From: Yuukianura sp. NJ FZ-2021 | Taxonomy: Eukaryota | Length of the DNA stretch: 64,000 nt | Reading direction: 5' to 3' | Assembly: GCA_046563655.1 (NCBI GenBank) | Contig: CM102288.1 | Coordinates: forward strand, 2,914,001 to 2,978,000 | In this document: positions 37,501 to 48,379 of the stretch, one piece after another | How the letters are laid out: every line of letters begins with the position of its first letter | Numbering within the stretch: position 1 is the stretch's first letter | Translations under genes and position numbers: made by a program | The notes under the pieces: model-generated | What the model was told of the DNA's origin: nothing | The model's database searches: none | Seen by the model: the letters and a program-made list of their open reading frames with translations, nothing else

Positions 37501-40500
37501 TCGGTCAAATTCCAACGGAAAAAGTCTCTGTAGTGGGCGAACCAAAATCCCATTCTTCGTCCGCAATTTGGCCACCCGATGAACCCCATCTTTTCCACTG
37601 ATCAATTCTTCAATTATCCCCATTGGCCAAAGGATCCGCTTAACGTCCTCTCTGCCAATCAGGACGCAGTCACCAACGACAAATTCTCTGGTTTTCTGTT
37701 TTCCTCGTTGCACAAGAAGTCCCAAGTACTCCTTACGAAAACGTTGTCGTAACTCCTCCAACATTTTGTCCAGCCTCTTGCTCTTCCTGTTGAAATCAGA
37801 ACCGGTTACAATTTGAGATTCTGGAACCTCACTTACCGGAAGATTGTGAATAAACATGGCTGGTGTTAGGGGGATCAAATCTTGTACATCTTCCGTTACG
37901 AAAGTCAGCGGCCTGTGGTTGATGGTGTCCTCTACTTCACACAAGCAGGTCTCGAGCTCAACTTTGTTCAACTTCCGGAACCCGAGCATCCTCTTGAGTA
38001 GGTCCTTGAGCGACCGAATAAGTCGCTCCCACCATCCACCCCACCAAGGTGCTGCCGGTGGATTGAAGATCCACTGAATTTGCTGTTCCTTTGTCCTTTG
38101 CTCCACCTCCGCCCAGTCAATTTGCTTGAAGAGATTAACGGCACCATGAAAATTAGTACCGTTGTCACTGTAGACTGTACTAGGCCGGGTCTTCCTTTTG
38201 CAAAAACGGATGAAGGCAAGAACAAAATCATTTGTCGACAAACTGTCCACCAGTTCCAAGTGAACTGCACGATACACAGCGCATGTGAAGATGACGATCC
38301 AGACCTTACTCTTGGCCTTCAGAAGTAACGGACCGGCCAAATCCACTCCTGTAACACTAAATGCGCATGTGTCCTTGACTCGATTTTCTGGTAGAGGTGC
38401 AGACGGTACATCAAAGTTCTTGGAAGTGAAACGTTGACACTTAACACACTTCTTTAGCACTTTCTTCACAGTTTGTCGCCCTTTCAAAATCCAGAATTTT
38501 TCGCGAAGAGAACACAAAACGAACTGCACTCCAGCATGACAGTTGATCTTGTGCCAGTCCATAATCAATTGTTCTGTGAGTGGATGAGAGCTCGGCACGA
38601 GGATCGGGCAACGAAAATCTTCTGTGTCTTGTCGATTTAAAATCTTCGTCCGTACTCGTACTAACCCCAGTTCATCCCGCTCAACTTTGATTCCGTCAAT
38701 CAGTCTGACATCACTTGAGAACGATTCTGATTGAACAAGTTTCCATATTTCTTGCTCGGACCTCTGAGTCTCCCAGGCTGACGGTACTCGACTATTTTCA
38801 GAACTTCTTTTCCACAACTTGTCGACGAACCTGAGAGCATAGGCGAAAACACGTAAATTTCCGAAATAGGAATTTTTAGGAGTATACCACACTGGTACTG
38901 AAGAGTTGACTGCCAGTGTAACGGTCGATCTTCTCTTCTCCCGTCCAACTTCATCTTCATCAGCATGTGGTTCTGCACTTGGCCATTCACTTTCTTTCAA
39001 TTTCAGCCACGACGGCCCTTCCCACCAGAATTTCATCTCCTTGAACTTCTTCGGAGTGACTCCTCTGGATGGTAGATCTGCCGGGTTCAGTAGGCCTGGA
39101 ACGTGATGCCAAGTCGAAACTTCAGTTAGGCTTACAATTTCTCTTACGCGATTTCCCACAAATGTCCCCCACTCGTCACTACGCCTAATCCATTGTAGCG
39201 CTGTAGTCGAGTCTGTCCAGTAGCGGATGGGAATCTTCTCCATGTCCAACGCCCCCTTCACAGAATTGGCAAGACGAGCAGCAATGGCGCATGAGAGTAG
39301 TTCCAAACGAGGAATAGTCGTCTTCTTCAATGGAGCAACTCGGGACTTTGCTTGAATTAGGCTAACTTCCACCCCGTTGGTCGTTTCCACCCGAAGATAC
39401 ACGACAGCCGCGTAAGCGTGTTGACTTGCGTCAGAAAAGACATGGAGCTGAAATTCTCCTTTGTCGTCGGCTGATCCAGTGCACTTCCTCGGGAGTCTGA
39501 ATGTTTCGAGAACTGGCAACAATTCTTCCCACCATGCGCAAAATTCTGTTTTTGCCTCTTCATTCACCTCGTCCTCCCACTTTCGATTTTCAATCCATGA
39601 CCTTTGTAGTAGGAGCTTCGGCAAAATCATGACAGGTGCCAAGAATCCCAGTGGATCAAAGACCTGTTGAATTCTAGAAAGAACAATTCTTTTAGTAACT
39701 TGCAATAAACATTCGTCTTTCAACGGAGCACAAAACAAAGTGTCTGCTCTCTTGTCCCACTTTAGGCCAAGAACACTTGCCACTCCACTGTCACCCGTAG
39801 ATTCCCATTGGGTCAAGTCCATCTTTGCTGTTGCCAAAAGTTTCGTGGCTTCTGCTCTGAACTTTTTGTAGCATTCGACTGAGTCCAAAGACACAACACA
39901 ATTATCGACATAGAGAGACTTCTGTAATTCCCTCACAATGTCCAAATGCTGTGACTCCTGTTGAGACAAATGAAAATTAATCACAGCACTTAGCAAAAAT
40001 GGAGAACTGTTCACTCCAAATACGACACGATTGTGGCGAAAAACAGTCATTTTTTCATTTCCTGGATCTTCCCACCATAGGAAACGGAGAGAATCTCGAT
40101 CTTGCTCCTGTACTTCAATTTGAAGGAAGGCCTTACGAATGTCGGAGATAACACCAACGTTCTTCATCCGGAATCGTAGAAGGATCGCCGGAATGACTTC
40201 TAACAAGTTGGGTCCCTTTTCCAAACACTCGTTCAGTGACGGGGCCCTTCCAACCTTACAGGAAGCATCGAAGACGGGTCGTATTGGTGTGGTGCTACTT
40301 TCCAATTTTAACACCGCACGATGAGGCAAGTAATGAATCTTCCCCTTCCCACCGTCTTCAACATCACGAATTTGAGAGATGATTCCGTCTTTCTCCCACA
40401 TTTTGAAAATCGCATCATAATCGTCCAGCTTGCCAAGCGACTTCAATTTCCTGGTGGTAGTCTCTAGTCTCTTCTCTGCCACCAGCCTGTTTGTCGGAAT

Positions 40501-43500
40501 CTTCAGTTCCCTGTCAATCCACGGGAGACAAATTGAGTAACGGCCGCTGTCATCACGTCGTACAGTTTCTATGAAGTGGTCGTATGTCAACTTATCCCGT
40601 TCTTCTTTCGTCTGAACTTCAACTGGATCACGAATTCCCAATGTATCCAAGTTCCAAAGTTCAGTCACTGATGCACTGGAAACTCCCATTGACAAAACAG
40701 TCATCACAGTCGCCTGATTACAAAAAGAAAAATCATTGTGAGACTGCCCCATTAAACACCAACCAAACTGAGTCTCAATTGCGGTAAGTCCACTCTTCAC
40801 GTTCACTATGTTCCCTGTGAGTAGACTTCCAACCACATCCGCTCCGAGGAGCACTTCAACTTTGGCCGGGTGTGACGAATCCACATCATTGACAGAAATT
40901 CCTCTCTTCTTCAACTCCGCCTTCCAAGACCCCTGTGTTGCTCTAGGCAAAATTCCGCAAATTTGATCTTGGTCGATGACGTTGAACTGCGTAGAGAATG
41001 AACCGTCCATGTTCTTGAGTGTTACGGTAAACGTATCGTGTTTCACATCACGGATAGTTCCACCTCCGAATACTTGATGGTTCATGGTGAGAGACGAGAC
41101 TGGTTCAAACTCCAACTCCTTCGCAGTACCTGACAGAATATAGGAACGTTGGGAACCGTCATCAATAAATACTCTCACCTTCTTCGTTTTCTGATTCACT
41201 GGATTCACCAGTTTCACCATCAAAGTCTTAAGTAGAACCTCGTTCGTGCAGTTCAGATTGGTTTGTGTAGTGGAGGTCGACTCAGTCTTAGGTACTGGCT
41301 TCTTCTTCTCGTCTCCATTACACATCAGTTTGTAGTGACGTTTCCCACATTTAGAGCATCTGACGCTGATCGTACACTTTGCCCGCAAGTGACCGGTACG
41401 AAGACAGGCCCAGCATGCTCCCTTTTCTTTCAACTTGTCCTTTCGTTCCACGTCAGTCATCTTCTGTGCCTTGAAACAGTCTTGACTGGCGTGACCTTTA
41501 TCACAAAAGACACAAGAATTAGAACCACTAAAAAGACCTGCTGCTGTAGGGATGTCATCTTCTTGACTCTGCTCCCTTCCCCGGGTCTGTCGTCTTCCAG
41601 TGTCTGTTTTCTTGGTACAAAGTACCACCCGACTTTCAGCATGCTCCACTTCCTCTTGTAGAAACATCCGCAAAAAGTCAAGCCTTGTCTGTGGAGGGTC
41701 GTCTTCACTACAATCTTTTCCATAATTGACACTGCGTTGCCAGGCGATCACTGTTTCTTCTGGGAGACTGGCTACTACCATGGGGTAAAGAAACACAGTC
41801 ATCTCCCGTACCGTAAGTCCCAGTGATTCCAGATGTTGAATTTTTGTCTCCACCGTATCAAAGTGAGAAGCAAGATCAAATCTGTCCTTATTCTTGTTAG
41901 TCACCATGGAGATCAAGTCCTGCACATACATCAGCGACAGTAGATCAGGATCACCAAACCGTTTCTTCAGTGCATCCACCGCCTTCTTGTAATTTTCTGC
42001 CGTGTGTGGATACCGCAAAATCAGTTTAGCCGCTTTCGATCCTTTCGTCATACACTGGTCAAGGTAGTGGAACTTGTCTGCATCGTTGAGCCTTGTGTCA
42101 CGGTCAATTTTCTCAAACGATGACCACCAGTCAAGCCACTCTGAAAGTTCGCCTGAATACTTCTTTAATTCAGCCTTCGGTAACTTCACATTGTTCATTT
42201 CGCCCGAACTGCCACTGCTTCCACTTCGGCTCGAACCTTGGGCAACGTCAGTAGCAACGGGCACAGTTGGTACTTCCAGTACTGCTTCAACCTGCACTCT
42301 GATCATCGCTACCTTCGTAGTGTACTCCAGGATTGATTCTGTTTCAGTTTCGAAAACCTCATCTGTAGTTGAATCCAAATCCAGAAGTGCCGACTTGTAC
42401 GATTCGTCCAGTTCTTCCAGTTTTTGGACGTGAACGTTCAAAACACGAAGGTTCGATTCGATTTTCAGTTTCGGAAGTGGGTTAACCTTCAAGTCATTCT
42501 CCAAAGTCCCGATCATCCTCGTCACGATACCCCGTTCGGCCCCTCTGAGTTTCTTCAGTTTGTCCATTTCCTTGGTCATCTTTAAGGTAAATAAATACCA
42601 CCTGTTACTAATCAGTCAGCAATCGACAAATGGAACGATTCTCACCAATTTCAGTCCTCGTCCGGTGAGGACAGACCTCGACGTATACAGTTGGTCGAGT
42701 CTTCAATGTAATGGATGAGCCTGTGATGTCCAAGTGTCCGTCAGTTTCAATCGATTCCGTGAATACCCGCTTCTGGTCCGGCCAGGGTCACCAATTTGTT
42801 AAATCCTTAATCTCTCCCCGAGAAGAAGTGATTTTCGTTCGTTGGACCGAAGCAGTCACGAGAATTGATTTTGAAACATTTATTTTACTTATTCTGAAAA
42901 TTTAACCAATTGACCAAATTCCTTTTTCTTTTCTTAATATCCACAATCCTACTAAAAATCTTAACACACAAAATTCCAATTCAAAGACACGCCAGGAAAA
43001 AACGCCATTTCAAATCGAGCGCCTCTTTCTCAAAAATAACAAAACAAATCTGGCGCTGGTTTTTAACTTAAAATCAATAATTAAAATTAACCTTAATTTC
43101 TAACAACAATATTTTTCAAAATCAAAATTTTTTGAAAAATTACCTTTGATGACTTTTGTTGTAGGAAGAGAGCAGTTCCATCTTCTTGATCTGAATTGAA
43201 ACTGACACTCACTGAGAGCTTTGGATGCTCCGCTTTTAATACTCGACATGAATTCTGGATGTGTTTTACAGAATTTGAGTTGACCTTTGATTAATTGACC
43301 GGTCAAATTTTCACACGTAGGAACAGTACTGTCTTCTATTGATGACGCAGATGACGAAGGGTTCGAAATTGCACTAAAATCACAAAAAAAAAAAGTGAAA
43401 TCACTTTGCGGCAAAACGAAAGAAGCTTTTTTTTGTAAAAAATAGCAAAAAAAAAAAGTTTGCCAATAAAAGTAAGCTCGTTCCAGTTTCGGATTTTTGG

Positions 43501-45831
43501 TTTCTAACCCCCTTGTGGCTCAATTTTAATTCTTTTTCTGTTTTTTCTCATAGACTCAAAAAAAATTGTTTTTGAACTTTTGACAGAGATGTAGACAAGG
43601 GTTGAGTCACGGGAAGTCAAAAGTTGTAAACGTCAAACAATCAGTTGACACGCGAAGTTTTAACGTTTTTGCAAAACACTGCTCAGACTCTACTCTTGAA
43701 AGCCACTTTTAACATGGAAATTCACACGAAAAAACTAAAACTGCGACTGACTCAGACACAGTCGTTCCGGTTCACCAAAAAATTAACAAGTGCAAGATCG
43801 TTTTAGTAGTTGCAAAATTTCAAAACATTTTTTTTCTTTCATGAATTCCAGGTCAACAGAAAACCTCAGCGTGACCTTAGGGGTCAAATTTTCTCTCTTT
43901 TTTGTGTCCAAAAGTGCGTCCTGCTTTGGTATAGTAAAACGAAGACAAATTGATTCAATTTTGAAACCTCCATCAAATGTGGATTTGAAGGAATTCTGAA
44001 CCTACTGGTACCCTTAGAAATCTTCTAAGAAAGGGGGACCCTTGACTGTCTGTTCTGCATACGGAATGAAGGGCTAAATTCCATTTGTGACAGATTGAAC
44101 AACTGAGGTTTTTCGTATAACCTCTGCTGCATCTGACAGGGCCCACGAACTTTGGGCTTTTGGTCCCACATGGTGGAGAATACTAATCAAGAGCCTCCAG
44201 GCCCCACCACGCCCCACCAAAATAACAAAAGTTAAACACCACTACAAAACATCAGTGGAAATTAGGGAACAAGCACCAAATGGAAATGTGGCACGCACTA
44301 GGGCAAGAAAACTACCCTGAACACTCCAAAAGAACAACACTTCAAATCCACTTCTCACTTTGGATTCTCCATTTCAAGGGGTCAAATAGGCTAATTACAA
44401 ATCACAAGGGCACGTGCCACGACCCTTGACCTGGTCCTTGGGTACTCTTGTTGCAAGTTTTCAAAAAAAAATACGAAGAATCTAATTACAAATTATTGTT
44501 AGTAAACAACAAAAAATTTTTAAACTTTTTTTTTGAAAACTGATTTTGAAGTTGAAATAGACTAAATTGTTGTTTAGTTCTTTCCTTAACAAAACCATAA
44601 CAAAACGAATCTTTAACTAGTATTTCAAACGCTTAAATGCCTTGTTATGTACTAAAATAAATATTTATAATATGAAAGATAGTGGACTTTGAGCTGGAGA
44701 CTTTGCATGTGACATGTCGTTCTACTACATGATGCATTTCGCACTTATTCTAAACAGTCTAAAGTTTCAAATTTCAAATTTACATCACTTTTTCTTTTTA
44801 CAGAAATGTTGCAATTTGCAACTTGTGCAAAGTTACAATCTTCCAAATCGACGTGGAAGTCGTGAATTGCCAGAAAAAATAGAATTCGAAAATTCGAACT
44901 TCGAATTTAATTTCTGAAATACAAAATTTGTACAATTCCCACACAAGTATTACACCAAACTACAAGTGAAAATTTCCGTAAAAAAATTAAAGTCTTCGTA
45001 ATTTTTTTATGAAGACTTAAAATATAACAGACTTTTGAAAATCACGTGCCGTTGATTATGCACTGCTTAAAAACGGCCTCAAAAGTGGGGGTTTACCCGG
45101 AAAAAGTTTTTATTGGTAACCTTTCTCTCTTTTTTTTCAGTTTTTGAGTGAATTGTTGGTCATTAGAGTCAAACTCTTTTGACACTTTGAGCCTTGGCAA
45201 AAGTACAAGGTTTTTTTTTTTCGAAAATGAAAATTCAAAATTTTCATATACTTCTTAATTAGACATAAAAAAAAAGTGCAGACGGAAGAAGAAAATGCAG
45301 TTTCTGAAAAAATAGTCTAAAAATATAAACTTTATGATTTTGTTCCACTTTTTACAACTTTTAACAAAAAAAGTTCAAAATTCTCTAAGAAATTGCAACA
45401 ACCGCCCCCTCATTCTTATTTTTTTCTAAATCCATTTTTACTTTAGACTTTCACACCTCAAGTTATGAAGGAATTAGGCACTCAAAAAGTGGCAGAACAT
45501 GCACTTTTTATTTTCAAAAAATCATCAAAATCTTTGGAAATTTTAATATTTTCTTTGAAAAACGTTATGACCTGCTTGACCCTGGCACATGGTTTGCTTC
45601 ATTTTGCCAAAATAAAAAACTTATTCAGAAATGATCTCACAGGAACTCTATTTTTTTTTTGAAAAATGCTACCCCATTATTATTTTTATGAGTTTAAATT
45701 TTCATAAAAAGGGGAGGAGTTTTGAAAACTTACAGCCAACCAATTGCTTCCGCCATGGACGTCAGTTGCGTCAAGTACAAAATTTGAATTAAATAAATTA
45801 AGCACAATTGAACTAATTTGTGTCCATCCAT
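34544..45831 (-). CDS. Wnt4: Wnt ligand, Wnt4 subfamily (exons 45831-45734, 43373-43144, 35950-35858, 35770-~35443, ~35162-34862, ~34784-34693, ~34614-34544)
   Basis: Signal peptide [130 protein letters not shown]. The motifs match Wnt4 best from memory of Wnt4 sequences. Confidence 0.85.
37199..37335. repeat. 31-bp tandem repeat x4 (plus partial) in the retrotransposon 3' UTR
   Basis: CTTAAAACTAGTATTTAGGA(T/C)GAACTGAAAA starting at 37199, 37230, 37261 and 37292. Confidence 0.95.
37336..42579 (-). CDS. BEL/Pao gag-pol polyprotein (1747 aa)
   Basis: Gag-like region and three Cys/His knuckles ([40 protein letters not shown]); protease [13 protein letters not shown] ([13 protein letters not shown]); RNase H ([14 protein letters not shown]); integrase (HAG...CVKC, GVDLAGP, SDNGTNF, WWERL). 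No stops or frameshifts. Confidence 0.97.
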   Translation of the reverse strand: MTKEMDKLKKLRGAERGIVTRMIGTLENDLKVNPLPKLKIESNLRVLNVHVQKLEELDESYKSALLDLDSTTDEVFETETESILEYTTKVAMIRVQVEAVLEVPTVPVATDVAQGSSRSGSSGSSGEMNNVKLPKAELKKYSGELSEWLDWWSSFEKIDRDTRLNDADKFHYLDQCMTKGSKAAKLILRYPHTAENYKKAVDALKKRFGDPDLLSLMYVQDLISMVTNKNKDRFDLASHFDTVETKIQHLESLGLTVREMTVFLYPMVVASLPEETVIAWQRSVNYGKDCSEDDPPQTRLDFLRMFLQEEVEHAESRVVLCTKKTDTGRRQTRGREQSQEDDIPTAAGLFSGSNSCVFCDKGHASQDCFKAQKMTDVERKDKLKEKGACWACLRTGHLRAKCTISVRCSKCGKRHYKLMCNGDEKKKPVPKTESTSTTQTNLNCTNEVLLKTLMVKLVNPVNQKTKKVRVFIDDGSQRSYILSGTAKELEFEPVSSLTMNHQVFGGGTIRDVKHDTFTVTLKNMDGSFSTQFNVIDQDQICGILPRATQGSWKAELKKRGISVNDVDSSHPAKVEVLLGADVVGSLLTGNIVNVKSGLTAIETQFGWCLMGQSHNDFSFCNQATVMTVLSMGVSSASVTELWNLDTLGIRDPVEVQTKEERDKLTYDHFIETVRRDDSGRYSICLPWIDRELKIPTNRLVAEKRLETTTRKLKSLGKLDDYDAIFKMWEKDGIISQIRDVEDGGKGKIHYLPHRAVLKLESSTTPIRPVFDASCKVGRAPSLNECLEKGPNLLEVIPAILLRFRMKNVGVISDIRKAFLQIEVQEQDRDSLRFLWWEDPGNEKMTVFRHNRVVFGVNSSPFLLSAVINFHLSQQESQHLDIVRELQKSLYVDNCVVSLDSVECYKKFRAEATKLLATAKMDLTQWESTGDSGVASVLGLKWDKRADTLFCAPLKDECLLQVTKRIVLSRIQQVFDPLGFLAPVMILPKLLLQRSWIENRKWEDEVNEEAKTEFCAWWEELLPVLETFRLPRKCTGSADDKGEFQLHVFSDASQHAYAAVVYLRVETTNGVEVSLIQAKSRVAPLKKTTIPRLELLSCAIAARLANSVKGALDMEKIPIRYWTDSTTALQWIRRSDEWGTFVGNRVREIVSLTEVSTWHHVPGLLNPADLPSRGVTPKKFKEMKFWWEGPSWLKLKESEWPSAEPHADEDEVGREKRRSTVTLAVNSSVPVWYTPKNSYFGNLRVFAYALRFVDKLWKRSSENSRVPSAWETQRSEQEIWKLVQSESFSSDVRLIDGIKVERDELGLVRVRTKILNRQDTEDFRCPILVPSSHPLTEQLIMDWHKINCHAGVQFVLCSLREKFWILKGRQTVKKVLKKCVKCQRFTSKNFDVPSAPLPENRVKDTCAFSVTGVDLAGPLLLKAKSKVWIVIFTCAVYRAVHLELVDSLSTNDFVLAFIRFCKRKTRPSTVYSDNGTNFHGAVNLFKQIDWAEVEQRTKEQQIQWIFNPPAAPWWGGWWERLIRSLKDLLKRMLGFRKLNKVELETCLCEVEDTINHRPLTFVTEDVQDLIPLTPAMFIHNLPVSEVPESQIVTGSDFNRKSKRLDKMLEELRQRFRKEYLGLLVQRGKQKTREFVVGDCVLIGREDVKRILWPMGIIEELISGKDGVHRVAKLRTKNGILVRPLQRLFPLEFDRDYPTGELSLDLELEMAAQDSDEEEDVETEDPEQPVITTTRSGRTVRKPVRYCDY

Positions 45832-48379
45832 TGTCTTCCGAGTCCTCTTAAAAAAATTTCTTCAAAAAACTTTCAAATTCACAAAATTTACAAATTGAAA
45901 ATCTTAACAAAAGTCAAGCACAATTTCCTGTTTCAAAATTTGGTGAAATCAAACTTTCACTTTTCACTCTACCAGCGTCTTAAACTTTCAGCGATTCTCC
46001 ATTTTCGTTTTCCTTTCACCAGTTCTGCATTTTGAAAAAATGTATTTTGTCCACTTTTTTTTTAAAAAAGCGGAAGCTTTTTACTTTTCTTGTAAATTGG
46101 GTCGCTAGGTATGAGTTTTGCTTTAGGTTATCACTGACATCTCAATTCCTTGTGTTCCCTGTCAACAGTTTCGTGTTTCCTTTTGTAGTTTCCTCAATGG
46201 ACAACAATACTTTTTCTTCCTCTTTTTTTCTCAACAATGGACAACTTCCAAATTCCAAGGCTCCTCTCCCAGCATCTTCTTCTTAAAATTTTGAACTGAA
46301 AGTTGGAAGTGCCGAAAAGCTGGTCCAAGATCCTCACCCTCTCGGATCCCAAAGGAAACTGCGCCTCTCAACCACCTAAGCTTCCCTTTTCCCTTTGTCG
46401 CTCTCCAAAAATCCGACCATTTCCACCCTCACTTACAAAAAACCAAAATTTAACGGTCTAAAAACTAAATTTTGAGCCAAAAAAAGTAATGAAAATTATA
46501 AATTTCCTGCTTCTCAAAAAATTTCAAGCGTTTCAATTTCAAAAATGTTGAAGTTTCAAAGCCACTTCAAATAAGCTGGAAAGTTCTGTATGCACCCTGA
46601 AATTTCGTTAGTTTTCCTATTGCTCAATGCGGGATTTATTTTAATTTTGAAAGCAAGTGGCATTTGAAGTGAAATTGACTAAAGGTCAAAGGTCAAGGCT
46701 TGAATCTTGAAATTTTGAAAAAGTTGTAAGACGAAGTGCAGTATGATGTTGAATCTGTTGGAGTAAGGGAGAGTGCATGATGTTATTAGTGGTTTGTAGC
46801 ATGTTCCTCAGCAGGTATTCACGTTGTATGTAGTCGCATCTTTCAACAATGGAAATCAACAATGAAATATACAAAGGAACACCTCAACTCCTTAACTCAT
46901 CAAAGCCTTTCCCCTCAAATGATCTTCAAAAACTTCGCTTTATGTCGTAGCAAAATTTAAAACTGAAAAAAAAAGGTTCTGGAAAAATGAAAACCGGGAG
47001 AAAACAGCGACACAACAACCAAAATTTGGATGAAAGAAGGCAAAAGGACTAAGGGATTTCACAAAAATACTAACACAAATTCAACATTCAAACAGTTTTG
47101 TACAACTTTTCATGTTTTTTGAAACGTTCAAAATGCTACAACTTTTTTTTAAACTTACGACAGTTGAGCGTGTCCATTTAATAAGTTTTGTTCCTAGGCC
47201 ATTTTCTCACTAGGTTTAAAAATTCCTTATAGGTGGGATTTGTCTATTCGTCGGTAAATCAAGGCTCTGTGCCGGAGGGGACTTCAGCTCACTTTCAACT
47301 ACCCGAAGAGGCCCTTAAGGGCTCTTGCTTCTCAATCCAGGCTTAAGTCCCTCGTCTCCTTTGAGAAGATTGTGTCGTCATACATGCTGACAGGACACAT
47401 GTCAATTGAGCTGCATTGCTGATGCAGATGACCTCCGACTAACAAAGAGTGACCTCGGCATAGGATGAGCCCCAGACATAAAGGAAGTTTACTCTGTGCA
47501 AACAAAGTGTTTAATTACTCTAGGAAGAAGTGACACACCTCGTGATGCATCTCCGCCCTCTCGTCTCCAAAGGAATGTTAGACTATAAGGGCCCCTACCC
47601 TTGGAAACTAGTTTTTAAGGGACCACCTCTGACGAAAGTCCTTCCAGTAGTCACCCCACATACAGATCACAGTTACTATCAACCAACCACTTAATTAATG
47701 GCTAAGGGCTCAGAGATAACAAAGGGACTCGAAATCTGAGACCCTTGAAACTCAAGTACCCGCAAATCACGGCTCCAAGCATCTTCCTAAAGAAAATTTT
47801 CAATTTTTAAAAAGTTTGAAGCTTAAATGTTCAAGTTTTTTTAAGTTACTTTATTTAAAAATTAGTGTGAAAATTGAGTTAAAAGGTTTAATGCTTGCAA
47901 AGTTTGGATCGATTTTCCGAGGAATTAGCACTTGATGGCCTCCTTGACCTTTGACCTTGGAGCGTGTTTTCGTTTCCGCCTTGTTGCTATCTCCTATTTC
48001 GAGATTTTGGATGGGCTATGCATGCTGCTTATTGTGCTTTGGTCTTTCTCCTTGGGAGGTTGTGGTGAAAGTACTTGAAGGCCCCTGTGCCCACTCCTCC
48101 GAATTGTCCGAAATGCCCGAATTGTGGCTCTGTCGGGATTTCCGTATCGACCCACCCATGCGCCTCTCCCTGGGTGTCAACCACTTACAAATTCCTCACC
48201 GTCTGTCTTTCCACGGAACTCCAACCGTTGTGACTCAGCCAAACCTACTATTTCTGTCTCTCTTAACTAACTTCTATTTGTAAATAAAACTAACTTTAAC
48301 TATAAACTCAACAGTTAACTAATTTAATTGAGCATAATTAACCTAACTTGAACCGACTCTGGACAAGGGCCCGAGGAAA

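Larger units (their letters stand above)
36797..43105 (-). mobile_element. Full-length BEL/Pao LTR retrotransposon (6,309 bp) in Wnt4 intron 2
   Basis: 309-bp TG...CA LTRs at 36797-37105 and 42797-43105; 5-bp TSD ACAAT (36792-96, 43106-10); PBS TGGTGACCCTGGCC next to the 5' LTR; purine tract AAGAAGGTGGGAATG next to the 3' LTR. Confidence 0.97.
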
